Assembly: GCA_963692995.1 (NCBI GenBank)
Contig: OY843611.1
Coordinates: 2,874,440-2,938,439, forward strand
Length of the DNA stretch: 64,000 nucleotides
From: Dehalococcoidia bacterium
GTDB lineage: Bacteria > Chloroflexota > Dehalococcoidia > Lucifugimonadales > UBA3495
Reading direction: 5' to 3'
Shown here: positions 39,724 to 47,805 of the stretch, in pieces
How the letters are laid out: every line of letters begins with the position of its first letter
Numbering within the stretch: the stretch's first letter is position 1
Position numbers and translations under genes: made by a program
The notes under the pieces: generated by a model
What the model was told of the DNA's origin: nothing
Databases searched by the model: none
What the model saw: the letters and a program-made list of their open reading frames with translations, nothing else

Positions 39724-40047
39724 TTAGAAGTCTCCTTCGTACCGGGCGGCGGAAGCCTCTGCCTGGTTCAGGGCGATGCCCAAAATGTCGGCTCGGCCGG
39801 CCTTTTGGGCCATGATGTTCTTGAGAGTACGCCATGCGGCTGATACCCCCAGTCCGGCGGCTTGGCCCACGTCTCCCTTGGCTTCTCGGGCGCAGGCCAC
39901 TGCCAGGGCGTCTATGTCGATGCTGGCATTAGCGCGTTCGTCTCTGTCGTATCCTGCTTCCTAGAACGTCATGCGGAGGGACCACTTGGCGGCTTCGAAG
40001 GCGCAGGTGGCGTGTTCGCTGTCTGTGAGGCTTTCATTGAGTACCAT
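39724..40047 (-). pseudogene. small ORF interrupted by an in-frame TAG (28 codons + TAG + 78 codons)
   Basis: The ATG at 40047 follows GAGGAAA. It reads MVLNESLTDSEHATCAFEAAKWSLRMTF, then TAG (39961-39963). The same frame continues EAGYDRDERANASIDIDALAVACAREAKGDVGQAAGLGVSAAWRTLKNIMAQKAGRADILGIALNQAEASAARYEGDF to a TAA at 39724. Confidence 0.4.
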
Positions 40048-40249
40048 GTGTTTTCCTCGCTGGTCGTCAGGCCCGCCGGTGGTGTGGTTCTTTTCTCTGA
40101 TGAGGTCCGTGTCGTGGGAGGGGAGTCATGTGTCGGTTTCTTGAACTGCCACCGGGGATTCGGCGGGTTGCCTGTTGTGCCGTGGCTTGGCTGGTTTCGA
40201 CGCCGGATCGCTGGCCCGGCGTGGGCTAACTGGCCGACTGCCGAGGTCG

Positions 40250-40588
40250 TTATACTGCGCCCCGGTGGCGAATGCCAGTCAGGTAGTCGTGCAGGGCATT
40301 CGCTTCTGCCGCTGAGGTCGCCTTGACCACTAACCCGCAACGGGTGCAGTGGTAGGGTATGATTCGCATCTCAATGGGCTTTCCATCGGTGGCAAATCCC
40401 GTCCGCACGTCCGTACAGCGGTGGTGAGACTCTATTGGTGTGCCGTCCGGCATCACTACTCCGAAGTCTGCACCGCAACTGCGGCAGTGGAAAAGCGTGA
40501 TTGGGGCGCCGTCTAAGCCAATGCCCCGCCAGGGGGAACCGTCGGCGGAACTGGTCAGATCGGGTTCGCCGACGGGGACAGTTGGCAA
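40250..40588 (-). CDS. double zinc-ribbon protein (112 aa), PYHC family
   Basis: TTG start with TGAGG upstream. Motifs are TLFHCRSCGADFGVV...HHRC and IIPYHCTRCGLVVKATSAAEANALHDYLTG. Confidence 0.6.
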   Translation of the reverse strand: MPTVPVGEPDLTSSADGSPWRGIGLDGAPITLFHCRSCGADFGVVMPDGTPIESHHRCTDVRTGFATDGKPIEMRIIPYHCTRCGLVVKATSAAEANALHDYLTGIRHRGAV

Positions 40589-40608
40589 CCAGTTGCCTCA
40601 ACTAGGCG

Positions 40609-41730
40609 TCATGCGTCCTCAGGGTCCTCATTAGTTATGACTGCTGCAATTTGCGGATTCAGCAAACGCCACCTTTGTCCCACTCGTTCGAGATCCCCTA
40701 TTGCAACTACTGGCTCTTTCCTCGTGTGAGCTTCAATCGCCTTGTGGTAATCAGATTGGCTCAACACCGCGACGACAGACCGAAGGTTCCCTGCGACGGA
40801 TGTTCGCAAGGTCACGGTTCCCTCAGTGTCGTCGTCATCACGTTTTAGCGTTTGTACGGAACACAGCAACTCAACATCCGGCTGCGGCTCCCGGTTGCGG
40901 AAAATCCGGGACGCCTCGCTCAGCATCGGCACGTCGTCCTGGGTAAACTGCACTGGACGTTGCGACAGTGTCACCGGCCGTGTTCTAGCCCAAGTGAACC
41001 GGATGTCGAGCGCGGAGAAGGGTTCAATCATCTGAACCAGCGCGTCACACAGGTTGGCGCTAATACCATCACTGATGGCGTTAGCGAATGCGTCTTTATC
41101 GCCGCTTACCGCCTTTTCGGACGCCTGCTTGGTCGCATGCAAAGCGTCGTACAGCCGTGTAGTTATTCGCCTTGCAACTGGGGGGTCAGCGTCGCCGGCG
41201 TCCTCAAGCAGAGGGCGTTGCAACGGCGGCACGATTACGGGAGGCAACAAAGTAACTATAAAACTGCCCGGCTCGGTTTGGCCCAGACGAACTTGCGACA
41301 GGAAATCCACGGCTTCCCGGTTGGCCCCGGCCCGGTAAAGCAGCTGGGGACTGTTCAGTGAACAGGCCGCTGCCAAAAGCATATCCCGCGCGCCGGAGAT
41401 CAAGCTGGCGCCTTCGTTTATATCAACCGTGCTATCGTCTTCAGCCACCCTCACCCGAATGACGTCCCGGTCCGTGGTCATTAAGTCTTTGCAGAGCGCA
41501 ATCTCGCTGATACCGGCAACGCGAGCCAGAATCTCGACTAACTGCGCGGTCACGCGTCCGTAGTCGCCGATGTCTCTAGTTCGGGGAACCAGTAATTCCG
41601 GCAACCCGACACCGGTGTACACATCGGAATGAGAACCAAAGATGTCAGTTTTGGTCCAGCCTTGACCACGTATGTAGGCCGCCAAGGCCGCGGGCGACAC
41701 TGCTGATCGGTCGTTTCGGTCTGGGATCAT
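40609..41730 (-). CDS. hypothetical protein (373 aa), downstream partner of the DUF4365 gene
   Basis: Its start overlaps the upstream stop (ATGA at 41727-41730). G+C is lower than the surroundings. No family recognised. Confidence 0.7.
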   Translation of the reverse strand: MIPDRNDRSAVSPAALAAYIRGQGWTKTDIFGSHSDVYTGVGLPELLVPRTRDIGDYGRVTAQLVEILARVAGISEIALCKDLMTTDRDVIRVRVAEDDSTVDINEGASLISGARDMLLAAACSLNSPQLLYRAGANREAVDFLSQVRLGQTEPGSFIVTLLPPVIVPPLQRPLLEDAGDADPPVARRITTRLYDALHATKQASEKAVSGDKDAFANAISDGISANLCDALVQMIEPFSALDIRFTWARTRPVTLSQRPVQFTQDDVPMLSEASRIFRNREPQPDVELLCSVQTLKRDDDDTEGTVTLRTSVAGNLRSVVAVLSQSDYHKAIEAHTRKEPVVAIGDLERVGQRWRLLNPQIAAVITNEDPEDA

Positions 41731-42242
41731 GGTAGTTGCGAGATCCTCCCAGTGCGGGACTGTTCCATGAGCGCCTTCAGTCCGTCAACATCAAACCGGT
41801 TTTGTTTCGGAATCCGGACGGTCACGCTAGTCTCGTTGTCGGTCTCATCCCGTCCCAACAGATTCAGCCAGTAGGCACGGCGCCTTATTATTAACTCGTC
41901 ATCGGCAATGGTCGCCCATCGTAGCGGGTCTTTTGGCAAGTCAAGCACCACCAGCAAACGCGGGGTCTGGGTTTCGATGCGCAGAAGGTCGTAGTTCCGA
42001 CGCAGTAGCGGGAAGGCTACACGGTCATCGCCGACATCGTGCAGGTTGACCGTCGCCTTCAACTGAAGTTCAAGGGCCGGCCGCATATCGCCCCCGGCCT
42101 GTATACGCAAGTCTATGCCGTCCCGGTCCCTCTCGTACACAGCGGTGACGTAACCGGCCCGCGCCGCTACCACTTGGGCATAGGCCATGGAAAGCAACTC
42201 CTCCTGGTCAGGACCAGTTAGCAGGCGGTCCTCCGACAACAT
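41727..42242 (-). CDS. DUF4365 domain protein (PD-(D/E)xK-like, 171 aa)
   Basis: EELLSMAYAQVVAARAGYVTAVYERDRDGIDLRIQAGG...ALELQLKATVN fits the DUF4365 pattern I recall (e..a.ayv.a.a...G......D.GiDl.i......l.vQlKat). GGAGAGG upstream of the ATG. Confidence 0.65.
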   Translation of the reverse strand: MLSEDRLLTGPDQEELLSMAYAQVVAARAGYVTAVYERDRDGIDLRIQAGGDMRPALELQLKATVNLHDVGDDRVAFPLLRRNYDLLRIETQTPRLLVVLDLPKDPLRWATIADDELIIRRRAYWLNLLGRDETDNETSVTVRIPKQNRFDVDGLKALMEQSRTGRISQLP

Positions 42243-42465
42243 GGCGCCTCTCCGAAGCGAGATCGTGGCATGTACTCGCCGTCCGCAACTCGTAGCCGGC
42301 GGCTATAGCGCTAGGCAGGCTCGCCACACGCCGCCGGTTAGGATCAGATTTTTGCCGACTGGTTGAGTTGCCGCGTATGACCGCCTCGCCACACCAGGCT
42401 AGGCGCGGCGATTGTAGCAAGCGATTGTGCAGGTTGATAGTACAGGGGATTCGCGTCAGCAACCC

Positions 42466-43083
42466 TCAGTCCCTCGGCTCAATGAGCGTCGGCTCCCCCA
42501 GGAATTGGATCGTCGCGCCGTCGGCGCCGTCGGTGTTTAGCCCGGCGCCTTCCAGCAGAAAACTGTGCGCCTTAGCGTCGTCCAGTTCCGTTACCAGCGT
42601 CCGGTGGCGATCCGGCGCTACCGGCAGCACGGTCAGCAGGGTGATGCCGTCTGCGGAATGAGCAAAGACGCTGAGCCGGTATTCTGCCAAGTTCGCCTCC
42701 GGGGGCCAGCTGACCGCCACTACGCCCGGTTCGTCCGTCCAGTCGGCGGTCAGGCGCGCCGGCGGTTCCGGCGTGGGCGTGGGTGGCGGCTCCGGCGTCG
42801 GCGGCTCTGCCGTGGCCGCGGGCGGCGGCTCCGGCGTGGCCGTGGGCGTCGGCTCCGGCGTGGCCGTGATGGTGGGCCGGGGAACCGCAGTCGCCGTCGG
42901 CGCAATGGTCGCCGCACGGGTCGCCGCTGGCTCCGTCGGCGCCGCCGCCGTCGCGCTGGCCGCGGTGGGCAGCGGACGGGCCAGCGGCTCCGCTGGGGTC
43001 GTGCAGCCGGCGGCGCTCAGCGCGACGGCAATGACGCCGCCAATGAGCAGGAAGCTGGGGCGAGGGAATGGGACGCGAAACAT
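42466..43083 (-). CDS. lipoprotein with a Pro/Thr/Ala-rich linker and an FN3-like C-terminal domain (205 aa)
   Basis: ATG at 43083 (MFRVPFPRPSFLLIGGVIAVALSAAGC, with lipobox) follows GGAGGA. The domain sequence LTADWTDEPGVVAVSWPPEANLAEYRLSVF resembles the N-terminal domain of the LRR protein. Confidence 0.65.
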   Translation of the reverse strand: MFRVPFPRPSFLLIGGVIAVALSAAGCTTPAEPLARPLPTAASATAAAPTEPAATRAATIAPTATAVPRPTITATPEPTPTATPEPPPAATAEPPTPEPPPTPTPEPPARLTADWTDEPGVVAVSWPPEANLAEYRLSVFAHSADGITLLTVLPVAPDRHRTLVTELDDAKAHSFLLEGAGLNTDGADGATIQFLGEPTLIEPRD

Positions 43084-43245
43084 GGCAAATCCTCCGGGGA
43101 CAATATTACGGGTGCAACGACGATTGTTCAAATCTCTGGCCGGACGTGGGCCGCGCCGATCCCGACGGCAATCAAGAAATCAGCCCCGCCGCGACTGCGA
43201 CAGGGCTGACCGGCGACGCCGCCGGATCAGGCCGGCGCCAGCGGC

Positions 43246-44499
43246 CTAGTTAGTCCAGCCCAAGGCCGCCTTGATCTCGGCCAGGCTGCAAACGGACAGC
43301 CCGGCAATTTGGCGCGTTGTTCCGCCCAGTCGGTAGTGGCAGATCAGCGTCGGCTCCGGGCGGGATACCGTCCCGTCGGACGGCGATCTTCCCGACTGGG
43401 ACGGCGCCTGGGGCGGCACGGTTATGCTTTGAGCCTTTCCTCGCTTGCCGTCGCGGTAGCTGTTCAGTATGTACCGGCTTCCCACTTCGGGGCGCGGGTT
43501 CTCGTGCTGAAGGGAGTTGCCGTAGGTAGTCAGCAATTCCCACCGGCCCCGGTCCGGCAGATATTCAACGGTGTAATACTGCGCCGGACAATTCCGGTTT
43601 ACGTCCCAGGTCAGATTGATCCGGCTGCGGTCGTCTTGCGGCGACTCGCGCCGGAACCGGCGGGGAGTGTGATCGCAGCCGGGTTTGCCGGCCAGCGGCT
43701 CCCCGCGGTTGCCCGGCGGCTCTTCGCTACTCGCCGGCGGCTCTTCGCTGTTGCCCGGCGGCGACTCGCTGTTCGACTGGCCGCCGCTGCGCACGGTGGT
43801 TTGCAGTCGCTGGCCGGACTCCTTCCCGTTGCGGACACTGATCAGCCGATAGGACAACGGCCCGGTCGCCGGGGCGCTTCGGTCCAGGTAGGTGGTAGCG
43901 CCGCTAATCTCTACCTGGTCATCGGGACTGCTTGCATCGTCCGTTATTCGCAAAACGATGTAGGAATCGGCCCGGCAGTCGCTTCGATACGACCAGGTGA
44001 GCCGGATTGCGCCGTTTTGCGGGTCGTTGTTGAAACGCCTGGGCAAATGAACGCACGGCTCTTTTCCGGGGACTTTGATGGAGCGACCCATGGCCGAGTC
44101 CACGCCGTCGCGAACGCCCTTCAGGACGTAGGTTGTTTCTTTTTCCGGATTGCTTTGGCTATGTACAAGGTAACTGCGATGGGTGTTGAACTCCCCGTCT
44201 CCCGTGTCCGGGCGTATTGAGATGCGGAAATAGTCTGCCGGACAGTCGGCGTTTATCGACCAGGTTAGCCTGACCTTGTTGCCCTCTTGTCGGCGGTAGC
44301 GGAACCGCGATGGCGTGTAGTCGCATTCTGCGTCGGCGACGGGGAGCACTCCGCCGTTTGCCGCTAAAGGCGCCCCGACGGTAGCAGCGGTAGCCGGGGG
44401 CGCTCCGCCGCTCGTGGCCGACAGCAGGCCGACGGCCAGGGCCGCGGTCATAAGGCCGCCGGCGACCAGCGCCGCCGGCATTTGGTATCGTCTGAACAT
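43246..44499 (-). CDS. secreted protein with three Cys-bracketed FN3-like repeats (417 aa)
   Basis: ATG at 44499 follows AGGAGG. A signal/TM segment reads MPAALVAGGLMTAALAVGLLSA. Three modules are present: CDYTPSRFRYRRQEGNKVRLTWSINADCPADYF, CVHLPRRFNNDPQNGAIRLTWSYRSDCRADSY and CDHTPRRFRRESPQDDRSRINLTWDVNRNCPAQYY. Confidence 0.7.
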   Translation of the reverse strand: MFRRYQMPAALVAGGLMTAALAVGLLSATSGGAPPATAATVGAPLAANGGVLPVADAECDYTPSRFRYRRQEGNKVRLTWSINADCPADYFRISIRPDTGDGEFNTHRSYLVHSQSNPEKETTYVLKGVRDGVDSAMGRSIKVPGKEPCVHLPRRFNNDPQNGAIRLTWSYRSDCRADSYIVLRITDDASSPDDQVEISGATTYLDRSAPATGPLSYRLISVRNGKESGQRLQTTVRSGGQSNSESPPGNSEEPPASSEEPPGNRGEPLAGKPGCDHTPRRFRRESPQDDRSRINLTWDVNRNCPAQYYTVEYLPDRGRWELLTTYGNSLQHENPRPEVGSRYILNSYRDGKRGKAQSITVPPQAPSQSGRSPSDGTVSRPEPTLICHYRLGGTTRQIAGLSVCSLAEIKAALGWTN

Positions 44500-44571
44500 A
44501 ACAATGCACCTCCTGGCATTTTGTTCAGACAGATAACCCGACGCCAATGCTGCCGGCCGGCAACGCCGGGG

Positions 44572-45303
44572 TCAGTTCCGGCCCGGCAGTTCGGCCCATC
44601 CCGCCGGCATCTCGTCCCACGTCCGCCCGTCCAGCTCCCGACCATTCCGCTTCTTGAATACGCCGCCCCACTGCTTGAAATGAAAAGGCACGCCAGCGTC
44701 AAGGCACTGGTCGCGGATGTCCCGCGCCCAATCGGGTTGCATCGGACGGGCGCCCGGCCCGGATTCGCCGCCCACAATCACCCAGTCAATCCCTTCCAGA
44801 TTCAGATTGGGCAACGGGCCGAGCAGCGGTTCCAGCGAGAGGAACTTCACGGCGGCGCCGGTCTCGCGCAATTGGTCAATGCGATGGGCGTACTTCCCGT
44901 TCTCCACGCTGACGCCCAGCCCGACTTGCGCCGGCCAGGGCAGGCGTGAGTTGAGACTGGCCAGGCGCTCCGGCCGCTTGGTCAGTACCTGGTAACGGTG
45001 CCAATCGGCGCGGGCCATTACGTCGAACACCTCCGCGATGAACTCATCCGGCACCTTCGGGTGAAACAAGTCGCTCATGGAGTTGACGAAAATGGCCCGC
45101 GGCCTCGGCCAGCGCAAGGGCATTGCCAGCGTGTCGGGATGCAGGGTTACGGTAAAGCCGTTGCGATACTTGGCGACGCCCATGGCCTGGAGCCGCTTTG
45201 CCATTCGCTCGGCGTAGCAGCGCTGGCAGCCGGGGCTGATCTTGTCGCAGCCGGTGACCGGGTTCCAGGTGGCGTCGGTCCACTCGATCTTGGACGCGGC
45301 CAT
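44572..45303 (-). CDS. phage Gp37/Gp68 family protein (DUF5131)
   Basis: [35 protein letters not shown] is the hallmark N-terminus of this family. ATG at 45303 follows AAAGGAG. Confidence 0.8.
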   Translation of the reverse strand: MAASKIEWTDATWNPVTGCDKISPGCQRCYAERMAKRLQAMGVAKYRNGFTVTLHPDTLAMPLRWPRPRAIFVNSMSDLFHPKVPDEFIAEVFDVMARADWHRYQVLTKRPERLASLNSRLPWPAQVGLGVSVENGKYAHRIDQLRETGAAVKFLSLEPLLGPLPNLNLEGIDWVIVGGESGPGARPMQPDWARDIRDQCLDAGVPFHFKQWGGVFKKRNGRELDGRTWDEMPAGWAELPGRN

Positions 45304-45468
45304 GCTGACTCCTTTCTTCCTTGAGGGTAACGAAAAAGTCTTGGCGAGATGCTGAGACTTTTGGTCAGATGGCGCGACGTGGCGAGAACGCAATTTGATC
45401 AACGCTTTTGCCGAACTTGGAGCGAGCAGGGGCGTAGCAACAGCGCTATTAGGCAGCGCTTGTGGTTG

Positions 45469-45984
45469 CTAGGGCGGTTGCCAGTCAAATCTGGCACCAA
45501 ACGCGCGTAGCATAGCGATGGTATTCATGCTGCGGATTTGGAACTGATTGCAGAGGTCAGGCAGTGGAACTTTGCGTTTCGCATCCGGCGCGGAGACTTC
45601 GTTGGTTACTACGACTGCGCCGTGAACAATGGCATAGGCAGCGAGCCAACCGTCCGCTCCTCGAGCGAAATCAGCGCGGGCCACTGGGGTGAATTGCGAG
45701 TTTTCCTGTACCCAATCCATTAGTTGCTGATAAGCATTGGCGACGGGCGGTGTAGCCGTAGTAGGAAAGTAGTCGTTAGTAGCCTGTTTTATCCACTGAG
45801 ATAGCTCTAAGGGATGGATTATTTCGGCGCTTACTCGATCTATAATCAGGAGATGTCCGGTAGCCAAGTGGTGAATCAGCCAGTCCCAAAAGCCGGGGAA
45901 CAGGTCCGGTGGGTAGCGATTACGGTACGCCGCGATCAGGACATCGGCATCCGGCAAGTAGCGAGTTTGACCGTGATTGGTCAT
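45469..45984 (-). CDS. DUF4411 family (PIN-like) protein
   Basis: YLPDADVLIAAYRNRYPPDLFPGFWDWL matches the DUF4411 N-terminal signature. Its start overlaps the upstream stop (ATGA). Confidence 0.75.
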   Translation of the reverse strand: MTNHGQTRYLPDADVLIAAYRNRYPPDLFPGFWDWLIHHLATGHLLIIDRVSAEIIHPLELSQWIKQATNDYFPTTATPPVANAYQQLMDWVQENSQFTPVARADFARGADGWLAAYAIVHGAVVVTNEVSAPDAKRKVPLPDLCNQFQIRSMNTIAMLRAFGARFDWQPP

Positions 45985-47147
45985 AGACGGAGGGCCATCT
46001 TTTCGGGCATATTGGCAAAAGCAGAGGGGCTCAGATCGGTGAGGACGCAGGCTTCACGGTACGGCAAACGGCCGGCTTGCATGGCGCGCACTACCGTCTC
46101 GGCAAAGCGTCGTCCGATGCGCCAGCTTTGGTTATTCCAGAAATTGCCGCTGCTCTTGGTTAGCTGGCTGCGGCTTCCCTGGTTTTTGTGAGCGTTATAG
46201 AAATCAAAAAATGTCTCTCGGTCAATCAAGTCCAAGTCAAGAGCGCGGCGCGCGGCTACAATGCGGCTGACTTTGAAGTGGTGCGCTGCTTGCTGGTAGG
46301 GATCGAGATATTCGCCGACGTAATCCCAGAACTCTCTGAATTCAATCTCCGGCACTAGAAACTCTGCCGCTATTTTATCGCACAGTTGTTCAGTAGCGTG
46401 TGCCGATGGCAGCAGTAACTCAAAGGCCGAAACCCCTTCTGATCCGACGAAAAGATGCGCTAATTCATGGGCCAGGGTGAACATCTGAGCAGATCTGAAG
46501 TCGGCGTTATTCACGAAGATGAACGGGGCGTACTCGTCCACCAACGCAAAGCCTTGGAATTCGCCAGGGTTGAGCTTGCGGCTGGTGTTGTTGCCCACCA
46601 CCCCGTTGCAGACTACCAGTATGCCGGCGCGCTCCGCCTGATCCCGAAGCAGTCGGATGGCGTCGGACCAGGTGGGCGCGGATGAAGCCCAATCGTCGTC
46701 AAGTAGGAGCGCATCGCGCATTGCGCCGGCCACCGCTCCGTAATCCCCGTTGAGATGGTGAGCGCCGACGAAATCAAGGGGATCGGCGCCGGTGTCAATC
46801 AATTCTTCTCGCATCCAGTCCTGACGCCGCTGCATCGAGTAAATTGTTTCCAGCAAGTCAACGCTGGGACGCGCCGGCGCCTCACTGGCGCGGGTGCGGA
46901 AGTCTTGAATGGGCAGATGCTCATAGGGCGGGAAAGACAGGAACAAGTAACCCAAAGGCGTATGGGTGGCATGGGCTAGTCGCTTGGCCCAGGCCATGCT
47001 GATTTGGCCGGAGCGTTCCCATTCCAGAACCCGCTCTACGCGCAGCTTGATCTTCTGCGCCAGTGCATCGTGCTTCAACTCGGCCCGCTCACGCGCCCAG
47101 CGTAGAACGTCAGGTTGTAGTAGCAGAAGTTCCGGTTGGCGAGTCAT
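45981..47147 (-). CDS. XRE-type HTH plus ImmA/IrrE family zinc metallopeptidase
   Basis: The N-terminal HTH-like region reads LRWARERAELKHDALAQKIKLRVERVLEWERSG. The HExxH motif lies in FTLAHELAHLFVG. Confidence 0.8.
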   Translation of the reverse strand: MTRQPELLLLQPDVLRWARERAELKHDALAQKIKLRVERVLEWERSGQISMAWAKRLAHATHTPLGYLFLSFPPYEHLPIQDFRTRASEAPARPSVDLLETIYSMQRRQDWMREELIDTGADPLDFVGAHHLNGDYGAVAGAMRDALLLDDDWASSAPTWSDAIRLLRDQAERAGILVVCNGVVGNNTSRKLNPGEFQGFALVDEYAPFIFVNNADFRSAQMFTLAHELAHLFVGSEGVSAFELLLPSAHATEQLCDKIAAEFLVPEIEFREFWDYVGEYLDPYQQAAHHFKVSRIVAARRALDLDLIDRETFFDFYNAHKNQGSRSQLTKSSGNFWNNQSWRIGRRFAETVVRAMQAGRLPYREACVLTDLSPSAFANMPEKMALRL

Positions 47148-47167
47148 GATGGCACTATCTGGGCTGG

Positions 47168-47197
47168 ATGTTAGTTAGAGGAAGGGCAATTTGTCAA
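47168..47197 (-). promoter_or_regulatory. candidate sigma-70-type promoter for the ImmA/IrrE-DUF4411 operon
   Basis: On the minus strand: TTGACA (47192-47197), 18-bp spacer, TAACAT (47168-47173). It lies ~20 nt upstream of the ATG at 47147, with no SD, so the transcript may have a short leader or none. Confidence 0.3.
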
Positions 47198-47207
47198 ACG
47201 GCATGGT

Positions 47208-47410
47208 GTGGCATATCTTCACACTGCCCCCGCGACGCCAAAGCCGAAGGTAGCGCCCGCTAACACGCCCGTTCCGGTTGAAGATGACGGTTCGGGTTCA
47301 ATCCAACGTCCTTACTGCGAAAGGTTTCCGTCATCGGCTCTCTGTTGTCGATCCAGCCCTACGGCTACGCTGAGGCCGGTTCTCAGGAATACGCCGGTTC
47401 CGACGAATAG
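47208..47410 (+). pseudogene. fragment related to the N-terminal PT-rich / PYCER module of the 1734-aa repeat protein
   Basis: 47311-47400 aligns by eye with 50230-50320 (cttactgcgaaagg ... ctacggctacgc ... ggccggtt ... gaatacgcc). The peptide RPYCERFPSSALCCRSSPTATLRPVLRNTPVPTN corresponds to LPYCERNPWAYSCRALNSTATPRPVPTNTPTP. Confidence 0.35.
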
Positions 47411-47736
47411 GCTGACGCCCCAACCAGGCCGCCGATCCGGTGAATGTAGCGTTCTTTTCCGTCGCCGGGGATGGCGTCGGGCAGCCAACGGAGCCGGTCT
47501 TCCGTGGTGTCGGTCAGGTGTATCCAATAGGAATGGGCGTCGGGCAGGGGATGCCAGCTGAGTTGTACGGCGCCGTCGGTCTCGCTCCAGTGGGCGGTTA
47601 GGCTAAATTCGTGGGGTGTCCGGGCGTCGTCATCCGGCCCGTCGGCTTCCGCCGGTTGGACGGCGATTGTGATTGCAGCCCAGAGGCCAGCAACGAGTAG
47701 GGCGAGAACGGGGAGCGTGAACTTGGCGTATGATAT
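47383..47736 (-). pseudogene. truncated duplicate of the LRR-protein 5' end, with ATG replaced by ATA
   Basis: 47443-47754 is collinear with 49003-49314 (offset 1560) and includes the same AAGGAGATCAAGCC leader. The start position reads ATA. The 117-codon frame reads ISYAKFTLPVLALLVAGLWAAITIAVQPAEADGP...LTAHWSETDGAVQLSWHPLPDAHSYWIHLTDTTEDRLRWLPDAIPG... and then diverges and stops. Confidence 0.6.
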
Positions 47737-47805
47737 GGCTTGATCTCCTTGGATCAGTTCAACGCTTTTGCGAAATTGGTTGCGGAGTATTTTTGCGGTT
47801 GGGCT

